Shown piece by piece: positions 17,201 through 25,713 of a stretch of 64,000 nucleotides of DNA. The position numbers were made by a program, and so were the translations under genes. This stretch comes from a virus: positions 1 through 64,000 of IMG/VR virus record IMGVR_UViG_3300035670_000049. One strand, written 5' to 3'. The notes under the pieces are model-generated. The model searched no databases, was not told where the DNA came from, and was given only the letters and a program-made list of their open reading frames with translations. Each line of letters opens with the position of its first letter. Positions within the stretch are counted from its first letter, which is position 1.

Positions 17201-19345
17201 TCCATCTTTCCAAGCCTTTATTCTTATGCTTAATCCTGTTTTTCTTGCCTTTAAAATCCATGTATCTCCAGCAACATATGTGCCATAGTTAGTATTTGGT
17301 GTAGTAGAACCATATTTCCATACTCTAAGTGTTATAGTACCTGTAGAACTTACATCTATAGCTGGATGTATATAATTACTACTTCCTGTTTCTTGAGCAG
17401 TATTTTTATTTAAGAAAACTCCTACTGATATAGTAGATGAAGGAAGTACATCTAAACTAAATTTTAAAGATACTTCCCAATCTGGGTAGTATACAGAAGG
17501 ACCAGTTTGTTTTGTCATAAAAACTTTAGAGTTACTAGTACTGGGACCTACGTAACTTTGGTTCCCATTGACTCCAACTCCAGTATTACCATTTAAACTA
17601 AGCCAAGTATCTCCGTTTTCTGCTGTTCCCCATCCACTACCGGAAGAAACAGTTCTGGTAAACGTATCAAGTAGTGTTCCATAGACAGGAAGTATCTGGG
17701 CCATCGCAAGTGCATGAGCCCTTGTCGGAACAATCCATGCTGCTGCTTGCGCAAATTGTTGCTTTATATTGGAATCGATTAAAGCATTTGCTTGAGCGTA
17801 ATTATTAGTATTACTGATTATGATGTATGTTTGTGCTTGTGCTGGACTCTGTATCCCATTTAAGATAAGAGCATTAGCCTGAGCATACGCTTGCATTGCT
17901 GCCTTAATCGTACCTTGAGACTGAGCATAAGATTGAATAATTATTTTTATTCTTGCTTGTGCTTGTGCTACTTGGAAATAGGTTTGTTTAACTAAACCTT
18001 GTACCATAGAATGTACAAAGGAACTTGCTTTAACTGAGGATGAAGCCTGAGCGTAGGACTGCATGGGTGCAAAAATAGTTGCTTGGGCTTGCGCAACGGG
18101 CTCTGCTGTCCATCTAGTAACTTTGAAGTTATCAATTTTTACAACAGTGTTAGTAGAAATTCCGGCACCAAGAACACGAAGGATTGTATGTCCGGGTGGT
18201 GAATCTGTTGTAGGAATAGGAGTATGAATAGCACTATAAGAATATACCGTTTCTGGTGCTGCTTTGTTCCATGTGCGAGAATCGGCTTGTACTTTTCCTG
18301 TACTTGTATTCCAAAAAACATAAGCGTCATAAACCCAAACATCGCCTAAATTACCGTAAGTTGCTCCAGAACTCCAAGTATTAGCGGCACTTCCATATCC
18401 AGCAGCAAATTGAATTGTTTTATTTGATTGTATAATAATTCCAGCAGTTTTTGCACCATATACTGTTGTATCAAGAGTAGACCTACCGCCGTCATAAACA
18501 AATATATTAATTCCAACATCAGAAAGTTCGGTAAGCAATCCATATTCAAACGATACTCTCCACTTAGCCGGTGCAACCATATTTGTTAAATGTATAAACA
18601 TTTCATCTTGGTTAATTAAATCTACTCTTGCTTCTCCAGACGTTACTGACCAGCCAGCAGCAGAAGATGAAACCTTCCAATCCCCAGCATTATCAGATGT
18701 TCCTAAGCCGGGAGATACAGTACGAGTGAATGTATCAAATACTTCAGAATATTGTGGAGTAGTAAAAATTAATGCCATTGCCAGTGCATAAGCCCTAGCA
18801 GTAACTTTAATTTGTGTTTGTGCTTGAGCGTAGGAAGGAACAATACCTTTTATCTGTGCTTGAGATTGAGAATAACTTCGATAGGTTGTAACAGGAGCAT
18901 CAGGCACGGATAGATAAACTTCATAAACGCGGATAGTTTCTATTCCACCAATCGTAGTCTGAGCCATTCTAACACGAAGATCACTATAGTTTGTGATGGA
19001 ATCTGCTTCAGTTGATGTAAGCGTATATGTATAATCAGTAGCGGTTGTACGGCTAATCGTTTCTGCGGCAGAAGTTGCTCTTAATGTTGCACCTTCATAT
19101 AAATAGAACGTTAATTTTTCTCCTGCTGCCGAACCATCTTGTACTATTGCACGTACAGTTAATACGTGATTCGTATTAGATGCTGGATCAGTAACACTTC
19201 CTAATTGTAACTCACACGCAAGCGTTGATCCAAGCGGACCATTTATATAGGTTGAATCAGACGAATCATTTACTTTTGAATATAAAGGGCTTGTCCACCA
19301 TGTATTAATTGTAACGTCGCTGATAGGTCTAGCAAACTGTGCCAT
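14288..19345 (-). CDS. AQAQA-repeat fibre/adhesin-like protein 3 (1685 aa)
   Basis: Three D(T/Y)F(T/N)RTV..G(W/L)G domains strung on AQAQA linkers. Confidence 0.85.
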   Translation of the reverse strand: MAQFARPISDVTINTWWTSPLYSKVNDSSDSTYINGPLGSTLACELQLGSVTDPASNTNHVLTVRAIVQDGSAAGEKLTFYLYEGATLRATSAAETISRTTATDYTYTLTSTEADSITNYSDLRVRMAQTTIGGIETIRVYEVYLSVPDAPVTTYRSYSQSQAQIKGIVPSYAQAQTQIKVTARAYALAMALIFTTPQYSEVFDTFTRTVSPGLGTSDNAGDWKVSSSAAGWSVTSGEARVDLINQDEMFIHLTNMVAPAKWRVSFEYGLLTELSDVGINIFVYDGGRSTLDTTVYGAKTAGIIIQSNKTIQFAAGYGSAANTWSSGATYGNLGDVWVYDAYVFWNTSTGKVQADSRTWNKAAPETVYSYSAIHTPIPTTDSPPGHTILRVLGAGISTNTVVKIDNFKVTRWTAEPVAQAQATIFAPMQSYAQASSSVKASSFVHSMVQGLVKQTYFQVAQAQARIKIIIQSYAQSQGTIKAAMQAYAQANALILNGIQSPAQAQTYIIISNTNNYAQANALIDSNIKQQFAQAAAWIVPTRAHALAMAQILPVYGTLLDTFTRTVSSGSGWGTAENGDTWLSLNGNTGVGVNGNQSYVGPSTSNSKVFMTKQTGPSVYYPDWEVSLKFSLDVLPSSTISVGVFLNKNTAQETGSSNYIHPAIDVSSTGTITLRVWKYGSTTPNTNYGTYVAGDTWILKARKTGLSIRIKAWKDGDAEPDWAASGATLSESQASIFNWVGCYINSSTTTSITASIDDFTFYPVGNQVAQTTALIESKIKLTYAQAEAYLKAPMERSALVAACIAGERFHLTDYFNRTVTDGWGANDSGDVYTLEAGTLSNFDVNGTSGTINLITSGEQLIIVPKTSVHEHGYEVRGIISLDKIPATDSIIVHVMGGYSTKDPSITTKSFGAQITFSTSSTFTMVASRIGSGNSSGTNSIPYAAGESWNFRIQAITRPPTSPTSMYTLNRRKLWKVGTEEPLWSTAATTETTVSTPYTVTPGPVLIRAYASSSVSNLPILVTLDDLEFKNGIAIDWLRHAQARAKIVYKGASSAQAQTSIKQTYPSFNPWGNPSTIAQDSFTEEGTGLVDLSTHTAEIGGTWTATSDWRLDRDLDRIDSIETFGTYYATLADVNTIGNGYIQAHLSGTTPYIGLRLNIVPSPNYDYSVRLSGSTVSLYRHGSVLASTVAGSGSYICFEVIGQSPTRLRVFRSDTSDFSGKVPIIETTDNTATHQRVSGYWGLTAITSPAYHDDLLAVQYAGEVVGSPFAQAQAEIVSSVANYKVSAQAQAQIKGTVYNHAQAQTQIKTTYQVWAQSNARIKQTYQVYSQANAAITKTSQAYAQAQTRVKATYPAFAQSAATIKATSRAYAQASVWIKQTYPFGGSTVVAQESYAGSPATNIDGSSLDIGGTWDVTTLIGTGGYTFTYVGDGTGRHGVQLPSGSRLLSAQASGVSFGDGDVYLTSDKDSYDEEDGSVVYGSVYSGILLRKGSGADAYRVTVSDNAVILYRITAGVASIVASVTYTAYTASYNARYRVNVSGYSPTTFKIRAWTLDQPEPSTWDIETTDNTSANQIQSGGVGTATYSIRSSISSSAAIFDDFLATTGSVVGPTFAQAQAAIKAITLNYSQAQAHIRITSNLLAQSQATILAAVVTTYASAQALALVYIPVYQRPVLDITTNNWVRVVI

Positions 19346-19375
19346 CTATCTCACCACCTTTTGGCGGTGAAAAGC

Positions 19376-19421
19376 AAAAAAGAACCGGAACGCCACTATT
19401 TCTAGCAGTGTTCCGGTTCTT
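19376..19421 (-). terminator. Rho-independent terminator just upstream of fibre genes
   Basis: AAGAACCGGAAC/GTTCCGGTTCTT stem with T6 tail. Confidence 0.75.
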
Positions 19422-19492
19422 CTTAGTATCACGCTGACCACTTCCCTATTGTATTAGAGTTAGAATATTGTATTATCCTAAGAGTTGTTTAA

Positions 19493-20008
19493 TTAATCAA
19501 TTCCTATCTGTCCGTCTATGAATAGACTGATCATTTTCTTAACATTCTTGCTCCCGAATTCTGTGGGAGTTGTTGTCTGTGCCCCGATAATCTTTGTCGG
19601 TGTCCCGTTGGTCATTCTTGTAAACCAGATCGGACGCCAAGTTAGCGGAGTAAGAGTATCGTTTCTTACCTTTGCATATCTTCCGTCAGCAGTAAGTAAC
19701 AAACGACCATCTTCATCGCGCCAATCTACTAATTCAAAACTGTAGTGTTTCAATAGCCCGACAATGTTTGTTTCGTCACAAATAAGGAGAGAAACTTTAG
19801 GATTAACAACGTATGGTAATTCGTTATCGACTCCAAAATCTTCTGGATCGATATGAATGATTCCCTCTATTAGATCAACGACAACGCTGTGTCCAAAGTC
19901 TTCTTGGGCAATGAGTGCGAGTAATCCGTCTTCACCATCCTGTACAGGACGGCCATGCGTATTCTCACTTACTATCGACCCAGTACGATAAATCGCCTTC
20001 CAACCCAT
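19493..20008 (-). CDS. Hypothetical protein
   Basis: Long ORF overlapping upstream gene end, AGGAG SD. Confidence 0.75.
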   Translation of the reverse strand: MGWKAIYRTGSIVSENTHGRPVQDGEDGLLALIAQEDFGHSVVVDLIEGIIHIDPEDFGVDNELPYVVNPKVSLLICDETNIVGLLKHYSFELVDWRDEDGRLLLTADGRYAKVRNDTLTPLTWRPIWFTRMTNGTPTKIIGAQTTTPTEFGSKNVKKMISLFIDGQIGID

Positions 20009-21422
20009 CAGCCTTCTCCTTCTCTACTTTTCTAATAACTTCAAGGGCTTCTTCTCTCTTCTTCTTGCCCGCCTTTGTTGGTGTACCCTTTGAGGCTTCA
20101 TCAACAGTTTCCTCTACAGGCTTCTCTGTTGACTCTTCATATACTCGCATCGGCCACCATAGATTACTATCCGGGGGTGGAGCCTCCAGATCATCAGGAG
20201 CAATGTTATCGAGCATCGGGTGCTTTATCTTAACTGCTCTTGCAATTAGATTCCACGATTCTGGTGCTGGAGGACCATTGATATCTCCCTCGCGTATCTC
20301 GATACTATTTTCATCAAAGACTCCAATAGATCGGATCAACGCACCTAATGTGTTTGGAGTAAATCCTACTGAGTGATGATTCTTTGGATAATCCTGTTCT
20401 CCATAGAGTACCCAATAATCTTCTGGCACCATCGTATCGTCTAGGATATGTCTAGCACTCCAACGTAAGTTTGGAACAACCAGACGTAATTCCCCACCGA
20501 CCTTGATGATTCGGCTCCATTCCTTTAGAACCCGATCAACAGAGGGCCACGGGAAATGCTCAAGTGTATGTGAAGAGAATACGATATCGAATGTCTGATC
20601 AGGGACTGGAAGATAGCGAACGTCGCAAATAACGTCAGGCTTTACTTCTTCCCTGATATCAAAGGTAACAACTTCTCCGTCAGGCCACGGTGAGGCTTGT
20701 GTTCCTACACCAATGTCTGCAATTAACTTATCACCCTTTGATGGAATTTCCCAAGCGGGTCTTGATTGTGGGGCGTTAGGAGGCATTGCATATAGCACAC
20801 TATTTCCCTTATCGAAATGGAATGCCTGAACGTCCGTGTCTGCCCAAATCTTAAATCCGGCTTTCTTTGCCTTCCAGTAGAAATACAAATCTTCTGTATT
20901 GTTTGGCGGTGAAAATGCTGCTCCCAAAGACTGGCCGGGGAAACTCAAGTAGTCAGTTGAATACCAAGGCCCACCAATCTTTTCAGAGATAGTCTTATAA
21001 ACGTCCATCTTAACGAGAGTCAAACCACTTCCTGCGGCATCAATCTCAATTAAATCCCCTACATGCCAATTCATATAGGGACCTTCAAGATGGTTCCTAA
21101 ATAGGAGAGGCATGGGCGGATTGGACTTACTCCAGTACACTCCATTGATAATATCTTTGTTATGCCGAAGTAACTTCAAAAATGAATTTGGAGGGGCAAT
21201 AACGTCGTCGTCTAACCAAAATATATAATTAGCATTCATAGCGAATGCATATTCCACAATCTCGTTTCGAGCTTCTGCGATTGGCTTCTTTAAGACAACC
21301 TTATCAATAGCCGAGGAAACAAGGGGAAACTGCATTGCTGCCCGTGCTTGTAAGAAATATGTGGACACCATCCCAAAGGAAGGAATTCCGACAACTACGT
21401 TAACTCCATAAACTTTACCCAT
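19965..21422 (-). CDS. Glycosyltransferase (GT-A/GT2-like) fused to SAM methyltransferase
   Basis: FWLDDDV DxD motif, ARNEIV; C-terminal IADIGVG...SHTLEHF...IIKVGG. Confidence 0.85.
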   Translation of the reverse strand: MGKVYGVNVVVGIPSFGMVSTYFLQARAAMQFPLVSSAIDKVVLKKPIAEARNEIVEYAFAMNANYIFWLDDDVIAPPNSFLKLLRHNKDIINGVYWSKSNPPMPLLFRNHLEGPYMNWHVGDLIEIDAAGSGLTLVKMDVYKTISEKIGGPWYSTDYLSFPGQSLGAAFSPPNNTEDLYFYWKAKKAGFKIWADTDVQAFHFDKGNSVLYAMPPNAPQSRPAWEIPSKGDKLIADIGVGTQASPWPDGEVVTFDIREEVKPDVICDVRYLPVPDQTFDIVFSSHTLEHFPWPSVDRVLKEWSRIIKVGGELRLVVPNLRWSARHILDDTMVPEDYWVLYGEQDYPKNHHSVGFTPNTLGALIRSIGVFDENSIEIREGDINGPPAPESWNLIARAVKIKHPMLDNIAPDDLEAPPPDSNLWWPMRVYEESTEKPVEETVDEASKGTPTKAGKKKREEALEVIRKVEKEKADGLEGDLSYWVDSK

Positions 21423-21447
21423 ACCTACTCCTTTTTAGTTATCTAAA

Positions 21448-22047
21448 TTACTGCTCGTCGTACTGGAGTGTAAATCCAAAGTACCCTGTTGTTCCTGCCG
21501 GTGCTGCGGCTGCTGCACTTAACTGTAGTGCAAGCCATCCACCCGGTGTGTTAGAACCTGATGCACCTGTACCATTGACACCTGATCCTGCTGCGCCTGA
21601 TGCGAATGATCCTAGACCAACGATAGCGCCCGCAGGAGATGCGGTACTGTTTGCGGCATTTGTTGCTACAGAAAGGTTAGAAGCGAAGTTAGTGTGGGTG
21701 TTTGTTCCCGCAAGACTTGCTACGCTGTAACTATTCTGTGTCTGCCCGTAGATTGTAAATGATGCAGTATTCGCAGAAGATGCGGCTGGTGTGAACTGCC
21801 AAAACTTTAGGTTAGAGACTGTGAATGCAACACCGTTTGTCCAATAACCCTTGATCCATACCGGCCAAGAGCCACTTCCTGCGCTAACAGGGTTGGCTGT
21901 ATATGTTACTGTACCTGTGTTATCTGCTGTTTCGAAATCCCAACTCATTGAGTTTGAAGACGATGTTCCCATTGTTGTAGAAGCGTTCCAAGCGGTTACT
22001 GCCGCGTTACTTCCGACATACTGTACCCATGAGAATGTTGCTGGCAT
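21448..22047 (-). CDS. Ala/Ser/Thr/Gly-rich probable virion structural protein
   Basis: Composition; AGGAGG SD. Confidence 0.65.
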   Translation of the reverse strand: MPATFSWVQYVGSNAAVTAWNASTTMGTSSSNSMSWDFETADNTGTVTYTANPVSAGSGSWPVWIKGYWTNGVAFTVSNLKFWQFTPAASSANTASFTIYGQTQNSYSVASLAGTNTHTNFASNLSVATNAANSTASPAGAIVGLGSFASGAAGSGVNGTGASGSNTPGGWLALQLSAAAAAPAGTTGYFGFTLQYDEQ

Positions 22048-22123
22048 AATTATACCTCCTTTTATATGGTCATGTCAAATCCTTTTCCTTGTCCCTGTAG
22101 GCATTGTATTACCTTTCGAACCC

Positions 22124-22148
22124 AAAAAAATAAGCCCTAATGGGCTTA
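22124..22148 (-). terminator. Rho-independent terminator after tRNA-Thr
   Basis: TAAGCCC-ATTA-GGGCTTA then T7. Confidence 0.8.
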
Positions 22149-22165
22149 GTTTCCCCTAAAATTAT

Positions 22166-22239
22166 TGGAGCCCCCGACCGGACTTGAACCGATATGGGCG
22201 GTTTACAAAACCGCTATTCTGCCGTTGAATTACAGGGGC
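22166..22239 (-). tRNA. tRNA-Thr(TGT)
   Basis: GCGGT-TTTGTAA-ACCGC, CCA. Confidence 0.92.
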
Positions 22240-22250
22240 GGTATAGAGAG

Positions 22251-22326
22251 TGGTAGCCCCGCATGGAGTCGAACCATGCTATTCTGTTTATAAGACAGAC
22301 GCCTCCAACCGGATGGCTCCGGGGCC
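22251..22326 (-). tRNA. tRNA-Ile(TAT)
   Basis: TCTGT-CTTATAA-ACAGA, A73, CCA. Confidence 0.85.
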
Positions 22327-22335
22327 GCAAATTAA

Positions 22336-22518
22336 CTAATACTTCAATGTGCGAGGATCGTAATAGATATCTGGGTATTCTGCGTTTGCTTTCTTATAAC
22401 CTATCAAGGGCTCGGGGCTCTCTATTGAAACTATCTTTGCTTCGATCTTCCTTCTTTTTAACCCTTTAATGCGAAGTCTTTTGGGCGCTTTAAAAAATTT
22501 CCTTATCCTCGATCCCAT
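22336..22518 (-). CDS. Small basic hypothetical protein
   Basis: ORF between tRNAs, GGAG SD. Confidence 0.65.
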   Translation of the reverse strand: MGSRIRKFFKAPKRLRIKGLKRRKIEAKIVSIESPEPLIGYKKANAEYPDIYYDPRTLKY

Positions 22519-22542
22519 CTATATATCAAATCTCCTAAGTGT

Positions 22543-22620
22543 TGGTAGCCCCGAAGTGATTCGAACACTCAACCTCTTCGGTGTAAACGAAGCCGTCTAA
22601 CCAGTTGACTATACGGGGCT
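22543..22620 (-). tRNA. tRNA-Val(TAC)
   Basis: CTTCG-TTTACAC-CGAAG, CCA. Confidence 0.92.
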
Positions 22621-22624
22621 AATT

Positions 22625-23302
22625 CTAGGGGGCAAGGTATCCATTATTAATCCAAGCCTCATGTGTAATTGGCATCTTCTCCTTGAAGAATTCTTTCAAC
22701 TCTACGGCATATTGCCTGATTTCCCATTGAGCATCGGCTCCAAGACGAAGATTCATAAAATTCATCAGTGACCTTGCATTGACAGTCCAGTAAAATTGGG
22801 TATATAAACTAAGCGGGAGAACCATACGAGCCATCTCTTTGGCTACACCGGCTTCCAGTAGAAGTTGATACTGTCCCCAAGCCATTATCATTGCTTCTTC
22901 ATAATCAGTATCGTTTGTATTATCCCAAATAATCCGGTCATGATCTACGTCAGGAAAGACGCTTCCCTGTTTATTACTATCAGCAGGAACACGCCAGCGA
23001 GCAGGGTAATAAAACTCTGGCTCAAACTCTACGTATCGTCCGCTCATCTCGTTATAGGAGCCAATTCGATGGCGCTGCCATTCCCGTACTACGAATAGGG
23101 GAGCCTTGACGTGAAACGTAAAATACGTATGTTCAAATGGACTACCATGACGATGCTTCATCATGTAGTTGATTAACTTCTCTTCTCTTGCGCCCATCTC
23201 TAAAGTAGCAAGATCAAAAGAGACTCTCGCTGCTTCAACGACTCTCTGATCCCCTCCCATAAAATCCTTAAGATCAACGAACCCTTTGTCAAGTACCTTC
23301 AT
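22625..23302 (-). CDS. thyX: FAD-dependent thymidylate synthase
   Basis: HGSPFEH, RHRIGSYNEMSGRY, ARMVLP motifs. Confidence 0.97.
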   Translation of the reverse strand: MKVLDKGFVDLKDFMGGDQRVVEAARVSFDLATLEMGAREEKLINYMMKHRHGSPFEHTYFTFHVKAPLFVVREWQRHRIGSYNEMSGRYVEFEPEFYYPARWRVPADSNKQGSVFPDVDHDRIIWDNTNDTDYEEAMIMAWGQYQLLLEAGVAKEMARMVLPLSLYTQFYWTVNARSLMNFMNLRLGADAQWEIRQYAVELKEFFKEKMPITHEAWINNGYLAP

Positions 23303-23308
23303 GCGACC

Positions 23309-23338
23309 ATTTTACCTCATTGCTCTCTCTAGGTTCAA
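23309..23338 (-). promoter_or_regulatory. TTGAACCTA-class promoter; thyX probably leaderless
   Basis: TTGAAC-N18-TAAAAT, 6 nt before ATG, no SD. Confidence 0.65.
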
Positions 23339-23976
23339 CCATGCGGCCTTACGTAGTGATGTAGCCCAACTAACCAGTTATAACGTCCCTCATCGATGCT
23401 CCCATCTTCTAGGAGTTTCTTGTAGGTTTGCAGATACTCCGTTTCCCTCGTAACTTGCTTATATGTGGTCTTTCGATGATAGATGACCCAATGATCCTTA
23501 TAGGTTCCTCGCCCTTCGAACTGATCGTCTGCATGAATATTATTCAGAGGAAATTTAACGGATTCTTTACGGAAGAGTTTACACTTCTGAAAGGTTCTTA
23601 CATGCTGTCCGTCGATTATTTCCTGCTGATTGAAATATACATAATCCCAATCCTTTTCTTCCCCATATGGCCCAAAGAATTCCATTATCCCGAGCATCGC
23701 TGCATCGCTGAGTCTTTCATCTGCGTCAAGCATGAGACACCAAGCACCGTCAGGAACCATCTCCTTCGCCTCATGTTTTACTGTCTCTGGAAGTCCTGTA
23801 TGCTTTATGGATTTATACTGAAACTCTGCATTCTGGAAAGAACCAAGAATCTCCTTTGTCTTATCGGTACTCTCATCATCTACGATACGAAATCCAGAAA
23901 CTAGGGGCTTAACGTGGCTTATTAAATCAACTATCTCTGACTCTTCATTATAAACTGCTGCTATAAAATAGAGCAT
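23335..23976 (-). CDS. Glycosyltransferase family 2
   Basis: YNEE, VDDESTDKT, LDADE motifs. Confidence 0.88.
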   Translation of the reverse strand: MLYFIAAVYNEESEIVDLISHVKPLVSGFRIVDDESTDKTKEILGSFQNAEFQYKSIKHTGLPETVKHEAKEMVPDGAWCLMLDADERLSDAAMLGIMEFFGPYGEEKDWDYVYFNQQEIIDGQHVRTFQKCKLFRKESVKFPLNNIHADDQFEGRGTYKDHWVIYHRKTTYKQVTRETEYLQTYKKLLEDGSIDEGRYNWLVGLHHYVRPHG

Positions 23977-23977
23977 A

Positions 23978-24622
23978 TTACTCTCTCCATTTATATAAAT
24001 AGGTTTTATGATGATCCCATGCTTGAATTAACTCATATTCTGGAAGAAGGGCTCCATACTCATTATTTGCATCTTCAATAAGGATTAGGGGCTTATCTTT
24101 CTTTATCAGGTTCTCTGCACTTCTTAGAACTTCTGGTTCGTGCCATTCAACATCAATTTTCATCAGTGTAACTGGTAAGGGAAACGCAAAAAAATCTAGG
24201 GGAAGAGCTTCTACGGTAATTCCCTGTTGCTGTATTTCATGGGCACCCCAATTACTTCTATTAAGTGCTAGGTGCATAAGCGTAAACGGTTTTACATCAC
24301 TAATAGCGTTATTATGAAGTCTTACCTTTCGTTCAAAATCCATTGACAGGAGACTTTCTATGTTTTCCCCTAAAACATGGAAGTTTAACGGATCGGGTTC
24401 GAAGCAGTAGATACGAAAGTAATCGAGGAATCTTGCAAAATACACTGCGTGATTACCGATATTTGCTCCTACGTCGAGGATAACTTCATGCTTAGGAAAA
24501 TAATATGCCAAGTAATCTAGGATATCTGCTTCCCAGTAATCGCCATTCCTCGCTATAGCGTTAGATAAATCTTCATCGTCATGGATATAAAAAGGCTTAT
24601 TCCTGAGATTTATTTGCCGCAT
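23978..24622 (-). CDS. FkbM family methyltransferase
   Basis: LDVGANIGNH, FEP, MKIDVE motifs. Confidence 0.9.
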   Translation of the reverse strand: MRQINLRNKPFYIHDDEDLSNAIARNGDYWEADILDYLAYYFPKHEVILDVGANIGNHAVYFARFLDYFRIYCFEPDPLNFHVLGENIESLLSMDFERKVRLHNNAISDVKPFTLMHLALNRSNWGAHEIQQQGITVEALPLDFFAFPLPVTLMKIDVEWHEPEVLRSAENLIKKDKPLILIEDANNEYGALLPEYELIQAWDHHKTYLYKWRE

Positions 24623-24767
24623 ATTTTAATGCCTCTATAATAAAATCTTCTACAGTTTGTCCTGAGTATTCAGCAGCCCGCTCTATCTTGGCCCATTCCT
24701 CTTTAGTCCACTTTACATGGAAAAGGTATCTTCCTGTTTCTTTTGATCTAAAGGCTACATGAACCAT
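24597..24767 (-). CDS. Ribbon-helix-helix-like small protein
   Basis: IERAAEYSGQTVEDFI resembles RHH/DUF1778 pattern. Confidence 0.55.
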   Translation of the reverse strand: MVHVAFRSKETGRYLFHVKWTKEEWAKIERAAEYSGQTVEDFIIEALKYAANKSQE

Positions 24768-24774
24768 TTCCGGC

Positions 24775-25713
24775 TTAGTCAAGGAAGACCTCCTTAAATT
24801 TTGCCATAACGTTATGGGGAGTAAACTCTGTATAATTACTTCCACTCTTCCACGGAAATCCCGGCCTGTCTCTCACAGCATCCATGCCCCGTAAAAGGTC
24901 TTGTTTATTAAAATAAAGCCAAGTTTGTGATCCTGCTAGTTGCTCTATATGCGCACGTTCGGGGCTTGCTCCGTATGTTAATACGAGTTTTCCATTAATA
25001 GCAAATTCTCCTACTGCTATTCCAAATGTTTCTCCTCTACTTCTTGCATGGAGCATTGCATCGCACGCATGAATGAAGGATGATTTCCACCAATCATCTA
25101 CTGTAGGAGAGATAAAAATTACTCGCTCATTGAATTCTATATTTGGTGGATTCGTATTTAAAAACAAAAAATACACATTATCATGCTGTTCCGAAAATTC
25201 CTTAACGGCTTCCCATGCCCAAGAAATGTCAAACGTATCTGCGCCACCATGCCTACCAAATACTACTGCATTACTGGGTATCTCATTTTCTTTACGAATG
25301 TTGTAAATAGGTTCGGGCAGTTGGACTATATGTGGTACATATGGAACACCGAATTTATCGCCCATCCATTCAGAAATTGTTGCGTACCTATCTCCATGAG
25401 GCTGGCTAGCGTTAAACACCGCATGGACCGTGTAGCGGGCTCCGGGGACCTCCAAAGAGCCATCATTCTCTCCTGATTTGATATGGTAGATCACGTCAAT
25501 TCCCATCCAGCGTGTCACCAAATCCCAACCAGAATGAACGGCTCCAAATCTTCTAATGAGTTTATCATACATCCCCATATCGGGGGCGCTCATGCCAAGA
25601 CTAACAATGACGCTCTTATTCCCGAGGATTTCCTCATTATAATGAGCATAATCATATAGGGCGTTTCCTGTGCCCCGATTATCGATCTGATTGTTTACAA
25701 ATGCAACCTTCAT
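24775..25713 (-). CDS. Glycosyltransferase (GT-B/GT4-like)
   Basis: RGETFGIAVGE (ExFGxxxxE) motif. Confidence 0.85.
   Translation of the reverse strand: MKVAFVNNQIDNRGTGNALYDYAHYNEEILGNKSVIVSLGMSAPDMGMYDKLIRRFGAVHSGWDLVTRWMGIDVIYHIKSGENDGSLEVPGARYTVHAVFNASQPHGDRYATISEWMGDKFGVPYVPHIVQLPEPIYNIRKENEIPSNAVVFGRHGGADTFDISWAWEAVKEFSEQHDNVYFLFLNTNPPNIEFNERVIFISPTVDDWWKSSFIHACDAMLHARSRGETFGIAVGEFAINGKLVLTYGASPERAHIEQLAGSQTWLYFNKQDLLRGMDAVRDRPGFPWKSGSNYTEFTPHNVMAKFKEVFLD

Noticed and set aside
5635-18576. Many Cys/Leu-rich plus-strand and alternate-frame ORFs over the fibre genes
   Set aside because: Shadow ORFs produced by the antisense of GCx-CAx repeat codons; no SD, low complexity
5257-19345. Diversity-generating retroelement acting on fibre genes
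   Set aside because: No reverse transcriptase and no adenine-specific template/variable repeat pair seen
22048-22078. Perfect TTGACA-N18-TATAAT upstream of gene 22047
   Set aside because: The -10 box lies 1 nt before the ATG and downstream of the AGGAGG SD, so a transcript would start inside the CDS; probably coincidental
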